Below, piece by piece: positions 1 to 8,578 of a stretch of 64,000 nt of DNA. Origin of the DNA: Clostridia bacterium (GTDB taxonomy: Bacteria > Bacillota > Clostridia > Christensenellales > UBA1242); NCBI GenBank assembly GCA_017409005.1, contig JAFQTP010000002.1, forward strand, positions 249,159 to 313,158, read 5' to 3'. Positions within the stretch are counted from its first letter, which is position 1; each line of letters starts with the position of its first letter. A program made the position numbers and the translations under genes. The notes under the pieces are model-generated. The model searched no databases, was not told the DNA's origin, and saw only the letters and a list, made by a program, of their open reading frames with translations.

Positions 1-1784
1 GCTGCAACACTATTGTAAACATTAAGCCCTCCGCCAATTACAATGTTGGTGTTAAAGGTTAGTGCGTAATAGTTGTTTGCAACAATTCCAATTTTTGTTT
101 TTTCAATAATTTGGTTTAGTAGTTTAATATCTGGTTCAAGTGCAAAGTTAGGTGTGTTTAGGTAAGGTGTTTTATTTTGTTGTGAGCATTTTGCAACAAA
201 GTTTTCAACCTCTTTTAAATTATATTCGTTTGGGTCAAGCACAACATTTTGCTTGGTAAACTTTTGGTTTAAGTTTTCAACAAATTCAAAATTATTAAAA
301 CTAATTGGATTGTAATTTATGTTTATGTTAACAGTCTTTAGTTTTGGTTTGTTTAATGCTGTTAAAACTTCAAAAACTTTTTCAAACACTTGGCGTCTAA
401 ATTCGTTTAATTTTTGTTTAGGAATAAAAACGCCATCTAGTTTTAGTATTTCCACTTGTGCATTAAACAATTCCGATTTTGAAAAGTTTTGTTTAATTTC
501 GGTTAGTGCTAGTGGCTGTTTTTGTGCTGGCTGTAACACATCGCCAAAAACCTTAAACTTAGTTTTGTTAATTTCAAACTCTGCTTCAATCTGTTTTCCG
601 CACTCGGCATAAACCTTAATGTTAACATCGCGTTTTTTAGTGTAATTTAAAACTTCGTTTTCTAAACCATAGTCAATAATTAAATTAACTAAATTGCCAA
701 CTGCAACTTTTTGTGTTGTGGTTAGTTTATAGTTGTTAGAATTAACTTGTTGTAAATCGAAAGCGGTTAGGGTATTGGTTTCGTGTGTGCCATCAAAAAA
801 TTTAAAAGTTGATTTTGGTGTTAGTGGTTGGTTAGAACTTATAAACACCTCATTAAATTTTTTACCATTGTTAACTTTTAAAACTTTGCCAACATTAATT
901 CCTATGTGGTTATTATAATTTGAAATAATGTTTCCGTTGCCATCAAAATAACCTTGTGTGTATTCGCGATTAAATCCAAGTTTTAAGTTTGTGAGGTTAA
1001 CTTTGTTTTTGTGCAATGCATTATAATATTCACGTGTGGCAGTTGCAACATAAAATGGTCGTCTTGCACGCCCTTCAATTTTAATTGCGTCAACACCTGC
1101 CTCTTTTAGTTTGTCTAACATGTTTATGGTGTTAAAATCTTTTGCACTAAGCAAATAACCATGCTTTAAAATTTTTCCGTTTTTAAGCAGAGAATAAGGT
1201 AATCGGCAAAGTTGTTTGCAACGTCCGCGGTTTCCGCTGGCATTATGCAAATAAGAACTTAAATAGCAATTACCCGAAAAAGCAACGCACAATGCTCCTT
1301 GCGCAAAATATTCAATTTCTACACTGCTATTTTGTTTTATTCGTTTAATTTCGTTTAGTGGTGTTTCGCGCGATAACACAACTCGCTTAATATTGTATTG
1401 TTCAAGGGCTTTAACGCCTTCTAAGTTATGAATGCCCATTTGTGTGCTTGCATGAATTTCAATTTCGGGGTAAAATTCGTGCACAAGTTTAATTAGCCCT
1501 ATGTCTTGAATAATAAATGCGTCAACACCTAAATTATAGGCATCAACAATAGTGTTTAATGCGGTTTGTAGTTCGGTGTTGGAAAACAAAATGTTAATTG
1601 CTAGGTGCACTTTAACGCCAAAAACATGAGCAAAGTTAACTGCTTCGCTAAGTGTGTTAATATTAAAGCCATCAATGTTGTTTCGTGCGTTAAACTGGTT
1701 TATTCCTAAATAAACCTCGTTTGCACCATTATAAACGGCTAGTTTTAAACTTTCTAGGTTTCCTGCTGGAGATAGTATTTTCAT
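1..1784 (-). CDS. U32 family peptidase, N-terminal ~594 codons (gene continues past left edge)
   Basis: Absent from the ORF track because no stop lies in the window. Minus-strand translation from ATG 1784-1782 reads MKILSPAGNLESLKLAVYNGANEVYLGINQFNARNN, later PEIEIHASTQ and SGNRGRCKQLCRL, blocks I recognise from peptidase U32. The frame stays open to position 1. Confidence 0.8.
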   Translation of the reverse strand, partial: MKILSPAGNLESLKLAVYNGANEVYLGINQFNARNNIDGFNINTLSEAVNFAHVFGVKVHLAINILFSNTELQTALNTIVDAYNLGVDAFIIQDIGLIKLVHEFYPEIEIHASTQMGIHNLEGVKALEQYNIKRVVLSRETPLNEIKRIKQNSSVEIEYFAQGALCVAFSGNCYLSSYLHNASGNRGRCKQLCRLPYSLLKNGKILKHGYLLSAKDFNTINMLDKLKEAGVDAIKIEGRARRPFYVATATREYYNALHKNKVNLTNLKLGFNREYTQGYFDGNGNIISNYNNHIGINVGKVLKVNNGKKFNEVFISSNQPLTPKSTFKFFDGTHETNTLTAFDLQQVNSNNYKLTTTQKVAVGNLVNLIIDYGLENEVLNYTKKRDVNIKVYAECGKQIEAEFEINKTKFKVFGDVLQPAQKQPLALTEIKQNFSKSELFNAQVEILKLDGVFIPKQKLNEFRRQVFEKVFEVLTALNKPKLKTVNININYNPISFNNFEFVENLNQKFTKQNVVLDPNEYNLKEVENFVAKCSQQNKTPYLNTPNFALEPDIKLLNQIIEKTKIGIVANNYYALTFNTNIVIGGGLNVYNSVA

Positions 1785-1922
1785 GTTTTTAGTATAGCAC
1801 ACAAACATTTTTACTTAAATTATTTTAATAATAAATAACTATTTAGTTTAATTTTTTATATTGCTCTTGAATTATTTTTATTTAATGATAAAATAAAATT
1901 GTAATAATTTTAAGAGGGTAAA

Positions 1923-3533
1923 ATGTTTAAACCAAAAACCGATAGTTTACAAGTTTTAATAGATTTGGGTTTTTTAATTCCGGTAAGCAATTTAACTTTG
2001 TATCATGGCAGAGCACGCGAACTTGGCGAAACTGATAATTGGAAAGTTAATCCGCAATTTAACAATGCTGGCAATGCAACCGGAAACCAAAACATTTTTG
2101 CTGTTTCTGCTCTTTCAACTGCAAGCCGTGCAGTTGCCGAAGAGTTTGCTAAAGCACGTGCAACCGAACTTGGCGGAGTGCCAGAAGTACATCAAATTTT
2201 TGTTAAAAACGGCACCGAATTAATTGTTAACTATAATTTTGATGTTTCACAACTTTCTGCTTTTGATAGGGCTAGATATCAAAAAGCACTTTTAGAACTA
2301 ACCAAACAATCAACATCGGCAATGGCTCCAACAACACTAAAACACCGCGAGGTTTACATTCCGGTTTATAAAGCACTTGTTAAAAAACGTGAAGAAAGCA
2401 AGTCAATATATATTTCCGAGCAAATGATTGAAGATGTTGTGGCTAGTTTAAATGTGCAGGGCATTAATGCCACAACACAATTAGTTTCAGAAGTTGCAGG
2501 GGCATTAAACGCAAGGCACTTGTTAATAAACAATCCAATTAAAGCAATGCACAAATTCACGTCTAAAGCCGACGATTTTGACCGCAACAACCTAACATTT
2601 ACGTTAAGTGGCAAAAAATTTGTTGGGCCATTTAATTTGCAATATGTTATGAGCTATTTATCGGCATATAACATTATTGGTTATTACACTCTGGTTAGGT
2701 CGGCAACACTAAATTCTAAAGAAATTGATGCTTACATAATTTTTAACACTAATCAAATTAATACAAAGCAAGCAATTAAGCAAAAAGAAGAAAGTGTTAA
2801 TAAAAAGTTTAGAGGTTTAACTAAAAAGTTTGAAGGTTGTATTTCTAACACCGAAATGTTTAATTTTTTGTTAACCTCAACCCCAAGGCAAACTGTTGAA
2901 TATTTTAAAGCAAACTATCCAATGGTTAAAGAAGTTTTAAATTTAAAAGACCACAACCGCGAAAATTTTTACATTAGCGAACACACCGAAACTGTTTTAA
3001 GAGTTTTTCAAGATTCGTTTGCGTCCGAAATTCCAAAGTCTTTAGTTCCAATTGTAAAAATTGCCATCATGTCGCATGATATGGGTAAAGGTGTAGCAAG
3101 ACAAAACGGCAAGCGTACGCAAGATGCCGAAAACAAACTTTATAGCCAAAAGTTTTTTACCGAGCTTGGCATAGGCGAAAAATACAAAAAACTTTTAGGG
3201 TTTATTGTTGGCGAAAGTCAAAGCTACACAACCATGTTTTATGTTCGTGGGCAAATGCAAGCAGGCGTTAGTTTAATTGACGAATGTAAAAAACTTTTAA
3301 CCGAGTGTTTTGAAACCGAGCCAACAAAAGATGAAGTTTATGCACTGGCAAAACTTTGCTCGTTAATGCAAACTTGCGACACCGCGTCTTACACTAAATA
3401 TGCCATAACACGCGACCAAGAAACTGGGGTGCACTATTACAACGATAATGCAATGTTTGCGTTGTCGCTAAAACAGCCAACCGGATTTTTAGGCAGAACT
3501 GTTAGAATGAAAAGCCCTAAAGGAATGGAATAA
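1923..3533 (+). CDS. HD-domain protein with large uncharacterised N-terminal region
   Basis: 536-aa ORF with AGAGGG RBS. The C-terminal third has the H..HD..D pattern (ISEHTETV, IAIMSHDMGKG, MQTCDTASY) of HD phosphohydrolases. I cannot name a family for the N-terminal ~330 aa. Confidence 0.5.
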   Translation: MFKPKTDSLQVLIDLGFLIPVSNLTLYHGRARELGETDNWKVNPQFNNAGNATGNQNIFAVSALSTASRAVAEEFAKARATELGGVPEVHQIFVKNGTELIVNYNFDVSQLSAFDRARYQKALLELTKQSTSAMAPTTLKHREVYIPVYKALVKKREESKSIYISEQMIEDVVASLNVQGINATTQLVSEVAGALNARHLLINNPIKAMHKFTSKADDFDRNNLTFTLSGKKFVGPFNLQYVMSYLSAYNIIGYYTLVRSATLNSKEIDAYIIFNTNQINTKQAIKQKEESVNKKFRGLTKKFEGCISNTEMFNFLLTSTPRQTVEYFKANYPMVKEVLNLKDHNRENFYISEHTETVLRVFQDSFASEIPKSLVPIVKIAIMSHDMGKGVARQNGKRTQDAENKLYSQKFFTELGIGEKYKKLLGFIVGESQSYTTMFYVRGQMQAGVSLIDECKKLLTECFETEPTKDEVYALAKLCSLMQTCDTASYTKYAITRDQETGVHYYNDNAMFALSLKQPTGFLGRTVRMKSPKGME

Positions 3534-3554
3534 TTAATAAATAATATAAAACAA

Positions 3555-3582
3555 AAAACAGCCAAATTGGGCTGTTTTTTAT
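3555..3582. terminator. intrinsic terminator (bidirectional hairpin)
   Basis: cagcc-aaatt-ggctg stem-loop flanked by an A-run and a T-run, between convergent genes. Confidence 0.6.
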
Positions 3583-3653
3583 TTATTAACATTCGTCTTA
3601 ACCAACAAGCAAGGTAAATTCGCCACGATAGTTTTTAAGTTGTTCTTTTTTAA

Positions 3654-4418
3654 TTATTTTTTGTTTCTCTTGTTTGAAAAATACTTTTTTAATTTTATGG
3701 TTTTAGATAGTAAAAAATAAATAAACACTGAAAGACCAACAGTTAACACTGTTGCAACAAGAACATAGCATGTTTGCCCCCAAAATGCACCCAAGTTAAC
3801 AACCCATTGTTGCCTAATAACCTCAACGGCATCTAAATTATTTTTATAAAAATTATGAAAATTTACATGTGTTAAGTTTGCAATTGGCGCAACAATTACG
3901 CAAAAAGAAAAATAGAATAAAATAACTTGCAAATAATCGTGGTTTGGATTTATTTCATATAGGTTTAAACTGAAAATTAAAAATGTTCCTAAAATAACTA
4001 AATTGTGAAAAATTACCGTATGGAAATCATTAAAATCATTAAAGAAATTTTCTATTGCACTACTACTATAAATAATATCTGGCATAATAATCATTAAAGT
4101 TAAAAGTGCAACACCCGAACATAGTGTTAGGTTTCTTATATGGTTTTTATACTTTCCTTTGGTTAAAGCCATTGTTGGGTATAAAAATACAAACAAACTG
4201 CAATAGTAAAGGGGCAGGTTTGCTAAATCGTAACCCATAACAATTGACCTAACTTGCTTTATAATTTCTAAAATTGTTATAATTGCAGCAATTACTTGAA
4301 TGGGTATTAATTTAATTGTTTCGCTTTTATCTTTTAACCATAAGCCAATAAAATAAGCCACAACACCAAATACAATAAAAGCAGGAATAACGGTTAATAA
4401 GTGTAATGTTGTCCACAT
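3654..4418 (-). CDS. polytopic membrane protein, function unknown
   Basis: 254 aa with multiple hydrophobic segments and a basic C-terminal tail. No catalytic motif recognised. Confidence 0.6.
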   Translation of the reverse strand: MWTTLHLLTVIPAFIVFGVVAYFIGLWLKDKSETIKLIPIQVIAAIITILEIIKQVRSIVMGYDLANLPLYYCSLFVFLYPTMALTKGKYKNHIRNLTLCSGVALLTLMIIMPDIIYSSSAIENFFNDFNDFHTVIFHNLVILGTFLIFSLNLYEINPNHDYLQVILFYFSFCVIVAPIANLTHVNFHNFYKNNLDAVEVIRQQWVVNLGAFWGQTCYVLVATVLTVGLSVFIYFLLSKTIKLKKYFSNKRNKK

Positions 4419-4597
4419 AAAAATAAATTCCTTTAACGTTTGATATCAACATTATAGCATGTTTTAATTTGTAGAGTGTATTGTTTTTTACTAGTCAATT
4501 GCAACTGTTTGGTTTTTTGTGAAATCGCAAAAATATAACAACAATAAATAACCTTTACAAAACAATAATAAAAAAATATACTATTAAAAAACAAAAG

Positions 4598-4870
4598 TTG
4601 GTAAACATGGCTATAAAAGAAACCGAACTTGCAACAAAATATTACAACGAACTTCGCGAACTTAAAGAAATTAAACCTTTAAACGAGTGTTATATTTCTG
4701 TTCCCCTAAAAGGACCCGAACTAGATGGTGTAGATGTTGAGGCGTTGAAAAGTGAACTAAAAATGCTAGGAGCATTTATTTGTATTAAAAAAAGTGTGTT
4801 AAACAACACTTTGGGTAGGGCAGAGGAGCGTTTGTGTATTGCGCTATTTCCGTTTGATAACCAAATTTAG
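4598..4870 (+). CDS. hypothetical protein (likely true start ATG 4607)
   Basis: 90-aa ORF. The track start is TTG, and ATG three codons in gives MAIKETEL. No motif recognised and no clear RBS. Confidence 0.4.
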   Translation: MVNMAIKETELATKYYNELRELKEIKPLNECYISVPLKGPELDGVDVEALKSELKMLGAFICIKKSVLNNTLGRAEERLCIALFPFDNQI

Positions 4871-4902
4871 AATTAATAACTTTTTTATGTTAAAGGTGAT
4901 GT

Positions 4903-5667
4903 ATGACAAAACTATATAACTATAGTGAACTATTGTTTGCAGTTATTTTTATTGTGATTTATGTTTTTGGCGCTAGCTTGTGCGATACGCTTTCAGCAGA
5001 GGTTGGCATTAGCAAAATTTTTACTGCGGTGTTTTTGCTTTTGTTTTCAATATTGTTGTTTGTGTGGATAAAACACAATCAATTAAGTCAAAAATATGGC
5101 TTATGTAAGCCAAAATTTAAAAGTAAATATTTTTTATTCTACGTGCCACTTGCTGTTTTAATTTCAACAAACTTTTGGTTTGGTGTAAAACTTAACTATT
5201 CGGTTTTTGAAAGTTTTTTAAATGTTGTTTCAATGTTATGTGTTGGTTTTGTTGAAGAAATAATTTTTCGTGGTTTTTTATTTAAAGCTATGGAAAAAGA
5301 TAATGTAAAAGCAGCAATAATTGTTTCAAGTGTAACATTTGGTTTAGGGCATTTTTTAAATTTATTTTCTGGTGGATTTGAACACTTGCTTTCAAATGTT
5401 TGCCAAGTGTTTTATGCAATGGCAGTTGGCTTTTTGTTTGTAATAATTTTCTATAAAGGTGGTTCGTTGATTTCATGTATAATAACACATAGTTTGGTTA
5501 ATGCAATGTCGGTGTTTCAAAACATGCAAGCAATGAATGATGTTGTTGAAATAATTGTTTCAGCGGTTATAATTGTGGTGGCGGTTACTTATTCGTTGGT
5601 CCTATTAAAAACTTTAAATAAACCTAAAATTGAAAGTCAAAACATAACCGGAACTGATAGTTTTTAA
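4903..5667 (+). CDS. CPBP family intramembrane glutamic endopeptidase (CAAX protease-like)
   Basis: 254 aa, polytopic. Carries the EEIIFRGFLF (EExxxR) and FGLGHFLN motifs typical of the CPBP/Abi family. Confidence 0.85.
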   Translation: MTKLYNYSELLFAVIFIVIYVFGASLCDTLSAEVGISKIFTAVFLLLFSILLFVWIKHNQLSQKYGLCKPKFKSKYFLFYVPLAVLISTNFWFGVKLNYSVFESFLNVVSMLCVGFVEEIIFRGFLFKAMEKDNVKAAIIVSSVTFGLGHFLNLFSGGFEHLLSNVCQVFYAMAVGFLFVIIFYKGGSLISCIITHSLVNAMSVFQNMQAMNDVVEIIVSAVIIVVAVTYSLVLLKTLNKPKIESQNITGTDSF

Positions 5668-5675
5668 ACTAAAAA

Positions 5676-5705
5676 ATCCTCAAGAATTTCTTGAGGGTTT
5701 TTGTT
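5676..5705. terminator. bidirectional intrinsic terminator
   Basis: cctcaag-aattt-cttgagg hairpin with an A-run before and a T-run after, between convergent genes. Confidence 0.7.
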
Positions 5706-5923
5706 TATTTGTGTTTGTTTCTAACATAAATTGCGCCATTAACAATTAGGCTAAATATTAACCATAGTGTGGCAATTAAAACTAAAATATAAACAATAAT
5801 CGAGCCTGCATTGTGTCCGCCAAAAATCCAGTATACAAGGTTGAACCTAAAAATTCCAACTAAGCCCCAATTTAAGCCGCCAATAAACAACACAATTAAA
5901 CTAATAATGTTTGCAATAATCAT
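5705..5923 (-). CDS. DUF378 family small membrane protein
   Basis: Start trimmed to ATG 5923 behind AAGGAGGA. 72 aa with the IGGLNWGLVG motif characteristic of DUF378. Confidence 0.8.
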   Translation of the reverse strand: MIIANIISLIVLFIGGLNWGLVGIFRFNLVYWIFGGHNAGSIIVYILVLIATLWLIFSLIVNGAIYVRNKHK

Positions 5924-6028
5924 GTTTAATTCCTCCTTAACCATATTGTGTTTCAAAACGTCCATTTTATGCATTAAAGCAATTTAAAGTAAAGGAGTTG
6001 CATTGCCACATTTTGGAAGTGTTAAAAA

Positions 6029-6058
6029 CAAAAACCAACCTAATTTAGGCTGGTTTTT
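6029..6058. terminator. intrinsic terminator hairpin
   Basis: aaaaaccaaccta / taggctggttttt stem with one mismatch, flanked by A and T runs, downstream of the MBL gene. Confidence 0.55.
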
Positions 6059-6070
6059 ACTTTTCTATTT

Positions 6071-6913
6071 TTAATTGTTGGTTTTGGTTGGTGGCAATAG
6101 CTGAACATCAAATTCTTTTCCGGCAGCAAGCCTAACAATTTTAACTTCTCTTAGGTTTTGCTCAAAATAACCAATAACATCGTCGGTTACACAATGCCCC
6201 AAATATAATTCTTTAACATTGTTTGCTTTTAAATAACTAATAGTTTGGTTAATAACATCTTTCTGTTTTTCTAAGTTTCTTAAATGAAACCCACCAAAAA
6301 CCGCATAAATTTGGTTTTGCCCAGTAACTTTTTTAGCGTGCTCAATGGTGTTGCAAACACCGCGATGCCCACAACCAGTTAAAATAAACAAACCTTGCAC
6401 GGTTGTAATTGCAATGCCCGAATCGTCCTCGGTGTAGTCAGTTTGTGTTAAGTTTTTGTCTAAAGTAGAAGCAAAATTGCCTTTTGCCTCAAAATCAACA
6501 ACCATAGGTATTTCACCTAAAAAGTAGCAATTTTCACAAAATTCTAGTGGTTGTTTAGTTACCACAACCTTGTGTTGTTTTTCTAACCTTTCTTGTTTAA
6601 TTGGCATGCCAAGATATATTCTTCTTCTAATCGACCACCTTTCTTTAAATGCGGCAGGGTGCAAAATAATTGTTTTGCCACCATTTAAATATGGCACTCC
6701 ATTTGTGTGGTCGCTGTGCCCATGTGTTAAAACAACTGTGCTAATTTTGTTTAAATCTAAGTTTAAAAGTTGTGCGTTCTTTAAAAATAAATCTGAATAT
6801 CCGGTATCTAACAAAAATTGTTGCCCAAACGCCTCAATCCAAACCGAAAGTCCTGCTTCGCCAATAAATAAACCATTATCTCTGTTTTCAGAAAGTATTT
6901 TTAATTTTATCAT
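6071..6913 (-). CDS. MBL-fold metallo-hydrolase
   Basis: Start trimmed to MIKLKILSEN (ATG 6913). Has the canonical VVLTHGHSDHTNG (HxHxDH) motif and a later GCGHRG. Confidence 0.8.
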   Translation of the reverse strand: MIKLKILSENRDNGLFIGEAGLSVWIEAFGQQFLLDTGYSDLFLKNAQLLNLDLNKISTVVLTHGHSDHTNGVPYLNGGKTIILHPAAFKERWSIRRRIYLGMPIKQERLEKQHKVVVTKQPLEFCENCYFLGEIPMVVDFEAKGNFASTLDKNLTQTDYTEDDSGIAITTVQGLFILTGCGHRGVCNTIEHAKKVTGQNQIYAVFGGFHLRNLEKQKDVINQTISYLKANNVKELYLGHCVTDDVIGYFEQNLREVKIVRLAAGKEFDVQLLPPTKTNN

Positions 6914-7032
6914 AACAAAGCTCCCATTACTTCTAGCGTACCACAAAATATGCCTTTATTACAAATAACAAATAAAAAATTGTTTTAATAATTGAACTTG
7001 AAAAACAAATAAAAAATAAATTTAATAAATTA

Positions 7033-7062
7033 TTGACAATAGGGGGTAATATTTGATATATT
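7033..7062 (+). promoter_or_regulatory. sigma-70-type promoter for the tRNA-Ser transcript
   Basis: TTGACA (7033-7038), 18-nt spacer, extended -10 TGaTATATT (7054-7062). Confidence 0.5.
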
Positions 7063-7132
7063 TAAATCGCACTTGAATTAAAAGCATCAAATTTTAACAC
7101 TTGTGCAAACTAAATAACATATAGAGTTGGCT

Positions 7133-7230
7133 GAGCGGAGGTAACACACAGTGTGTGTTAGCCAATGACTTGACTAACCTGACGGGCTATGGGCGAAAGA
7201 TTCTTTCGACCGCTCGTTAAAAAACTAAAT
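7133..7230 (+). ncRNA. unassigned structured leader or small RNA candidate upstream of tRNA-Ser
   Basis: Lies between the promoter and the tRNA, so it is probably co-transcribed. Contains a 16-nt copy of tRNA positions 3-18 (agagttggctgagcgg, 7133-7148). Also contains the reverse complement of the tRNA D-arm (ctttcgaccgctc, 7213-7225). Two hairpins: taacacac/gtgtgtta (7152-7170) and cgaaag/ctttcg (7204-7218). No RNA family recognised. Confidence 0.25.
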
Positions 7231-7245
7231 ACCATGGAGAGTTGG

Positions 7246-7333
7246 CTGAGCGGTCGAAAGCGGCGGTCTTGAAAACCGTTGATGTGAAAGCATCCTGGGG
7301 TTCGAATCCCTAACTCTCCGCCAAGAGGAACCG
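7246..7333 (+). tRNA. tRNA-Ser (anticodon UGA)
   Basis: 88 nt. Acceptor stem ggagagt/actctcc, anticodon loop cttgaaa (TGA), long variable arm, T-loop ggttcgaatcc, encoded CCA. Confidence 0.95.
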
Positions 7334-7334
7334 T

Positions 7335-7502
7335 ATTCTAATATACGGTTCTTTTATTTTTGTATCAAAGGTGTTGCAGGTTTTGTCGTTCCTACACAAA
7401 AAGTTCAACCAAAGCAATCACTTCATTATTTATACCTTGATAGAGATGAAAATGGAAATTGGATTAAATCTAGTAAAAAGAGTTCACAATAAATTGTGAG
7501 CC
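7335..7502 (+). other. detached 3' coding segment that would complete the recombinase ORF in the excised circular form
   Basis: Reading the int frame through the CCGCCAA core and continuing at 7335 gives 55 sense codons (EEPYSNIRFFYFCIKGVAGFVVPTQKVQPKQSLHYLYLDRDENGNWIKSSKKSSQ), then TAA at 7500-7502. It has no start codon of its own. Confidence 0.4.
7338..7371 (+). terminator. intrinsic terminator after tRNA-Ser (element-derived sequence)
   Basis: gaaccgtat-tctaat-atacggttc hairpin followed by cttttattttt. Confidence 0.7.
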
Positions 7503-7611
7503 CTTCTTTTATTGACTCCTTATATATTTGCTTTTGTTGTGCTTATCGTAGCATATTTTTCGTATAAATCAACGGAATAAAAAAATTGCATAATTAAATA
7601 CATTCTAAATT

Positions 7612-7641
7612 AAGCCAGGTAGAAATATCTGGCTTTTTTTA
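7612..7641 (+). terminator. intrinsic terminator upstream of the plus-strand gene block
   Basis: aagccag-gtagaaatat-ctggctt followed by a T-run. Its flanks are near-identical to the terminator at 13553-13584. Confidence 0.6.
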
Positions 7642-7768
7642 TTTTAGACAATTTTTTTGATTCTCTTTCGTTGATTTATACCTTTTTATCTTAAAGGTAA
7701 TTCATACAACCAAAATATACTCCTCTTGCCCTGCCAAAAGGCAAATTTATATAAGGAGGTTAAAAAGT

Positions 7769-8047
7769 ATGAATAGAAAGAAAGTTAAGTTCAGTTTAAC
7801 TAGATACTCTAAAAAAGGTTCATACAGGTTTATGGGCTATGGTGAAATTGATGAAAACAATCTTTATACAAAGAAAAAAGTTTATGAAGATTGCATTAAA
7901 AGTTGCCATAAAATGCTTAACAAACCCAATGAATACAAAGGTGGTTTTACACAATACGAAGAAATTGAATTTACAAATGATAAAAACCAACTTGTTGAAC
8001 TTGAACTAGAAGTAAGCTATGACTTATGGTTTAGAATTTTAAATTAA
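7769..8047 (+). CDS. hypothetical protein
   Basis: 92 aa with strong RBS TAAGGAGG. No motif recognised. Confidence 0.6.
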   Translation: MNRKKVKFSLTRYSKKGSYRFMGYGEIDENNLYTKKKVYEDCIKSCHKMLNKPNEYKGGFTQYEEIEFTNDKNQLVELELEVSYDLWFRILN

Positions 8048-8058
8048 GGAGTTAAATT

Positions 8059-8295
8059 ATGGAAAATTCAAAAAATTATTACTTAAAAGAATTTCAACTA
8101 TACGACGGTGAATGTTTTATCACTTTCAATATAGTTAGCATCAACTTTGAAAAGAAAACTATTGAAGTCGCTATTACCAATCGTGGGAAAATTAGTGTTA
8201 TTGAATATGACCTAAACCAAGATAAGAATGGCGATTTTTATTTTAGTTATGGTTGTGAAAGAACAAAAATTGAAATCAATGATTTTGAAGATTAA
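8059..8295 (+). CDS. hypothetical protein
   Basis: 78 aa with RBS AAGGAG, tightly packed with neighbours. Confidence 0.6.
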   Translation: MENSKNYYLKEFQLYDGECFITFNIVSINFEKKTIEVAITNRGKISVIEYDLNQDKNGDFYFSYGCERTKIEINDFED

Positions 8296-8309
8296 AAGGA
8301 GTTATAAAA

Positions 8310-8576
8310 ATGAGTAAAGAACTTGAAGAATTAGCATTTCTAAATGGATTAAGAGATGACTTAAAACAATTTGAAAGCAAAAACATTTATCGTTGTCCTT
8401 GTTGCGAAAAAATACAAGAATGGGACGACGTAAATTACAACCCTGAAGAAAATACTTACACTTGCCCACATTGTAAAGAAACATTTAATGAAATTGAATT
8501 AGAACATATCAACGCATTAGATTATTTTGTGGATATGTTTATTACTTACAAAAGTTTAAATAACAAGGAGATATAA
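8310..8576 (+). CDS. small zinc-ribbon protein
   Basis: 88 aa with RBS AAGGAG. Two CxxC pairs (CPCCEK and CPHCKE). Confidence 0.6.
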   Translation: MSKELEELAFLNGLRDDLKQFESKNIYRCPCCEKIQEWDDVNYNPEENTYTCPHCKETFNEIELEHINALDYFVDMFITYKSLNNKEI

Positions 8577-8578
8577 AA

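Noticed and set aside
319-918. Plus-strand ORFs 319-612 and 733-918 from the ORF track
   Set aside because: They lie antisense inside the clearly coding U32 peptidase gene (minus strand, open from 1784 to 1). Their translations are low-complexity with no RBS, so they are shadow ORFs.
7133-7230. Small SRP (4.5S/scRNA) gene next to tRNA-Ser, as in some Bacillota
   Set aside because: Neither strand contains the conserved domain IV elements (GNRA tetraloop flanked by the AGG and AGCA loops). Only a vague GTCAGGT is present on the wrong strand relative to the promoter.
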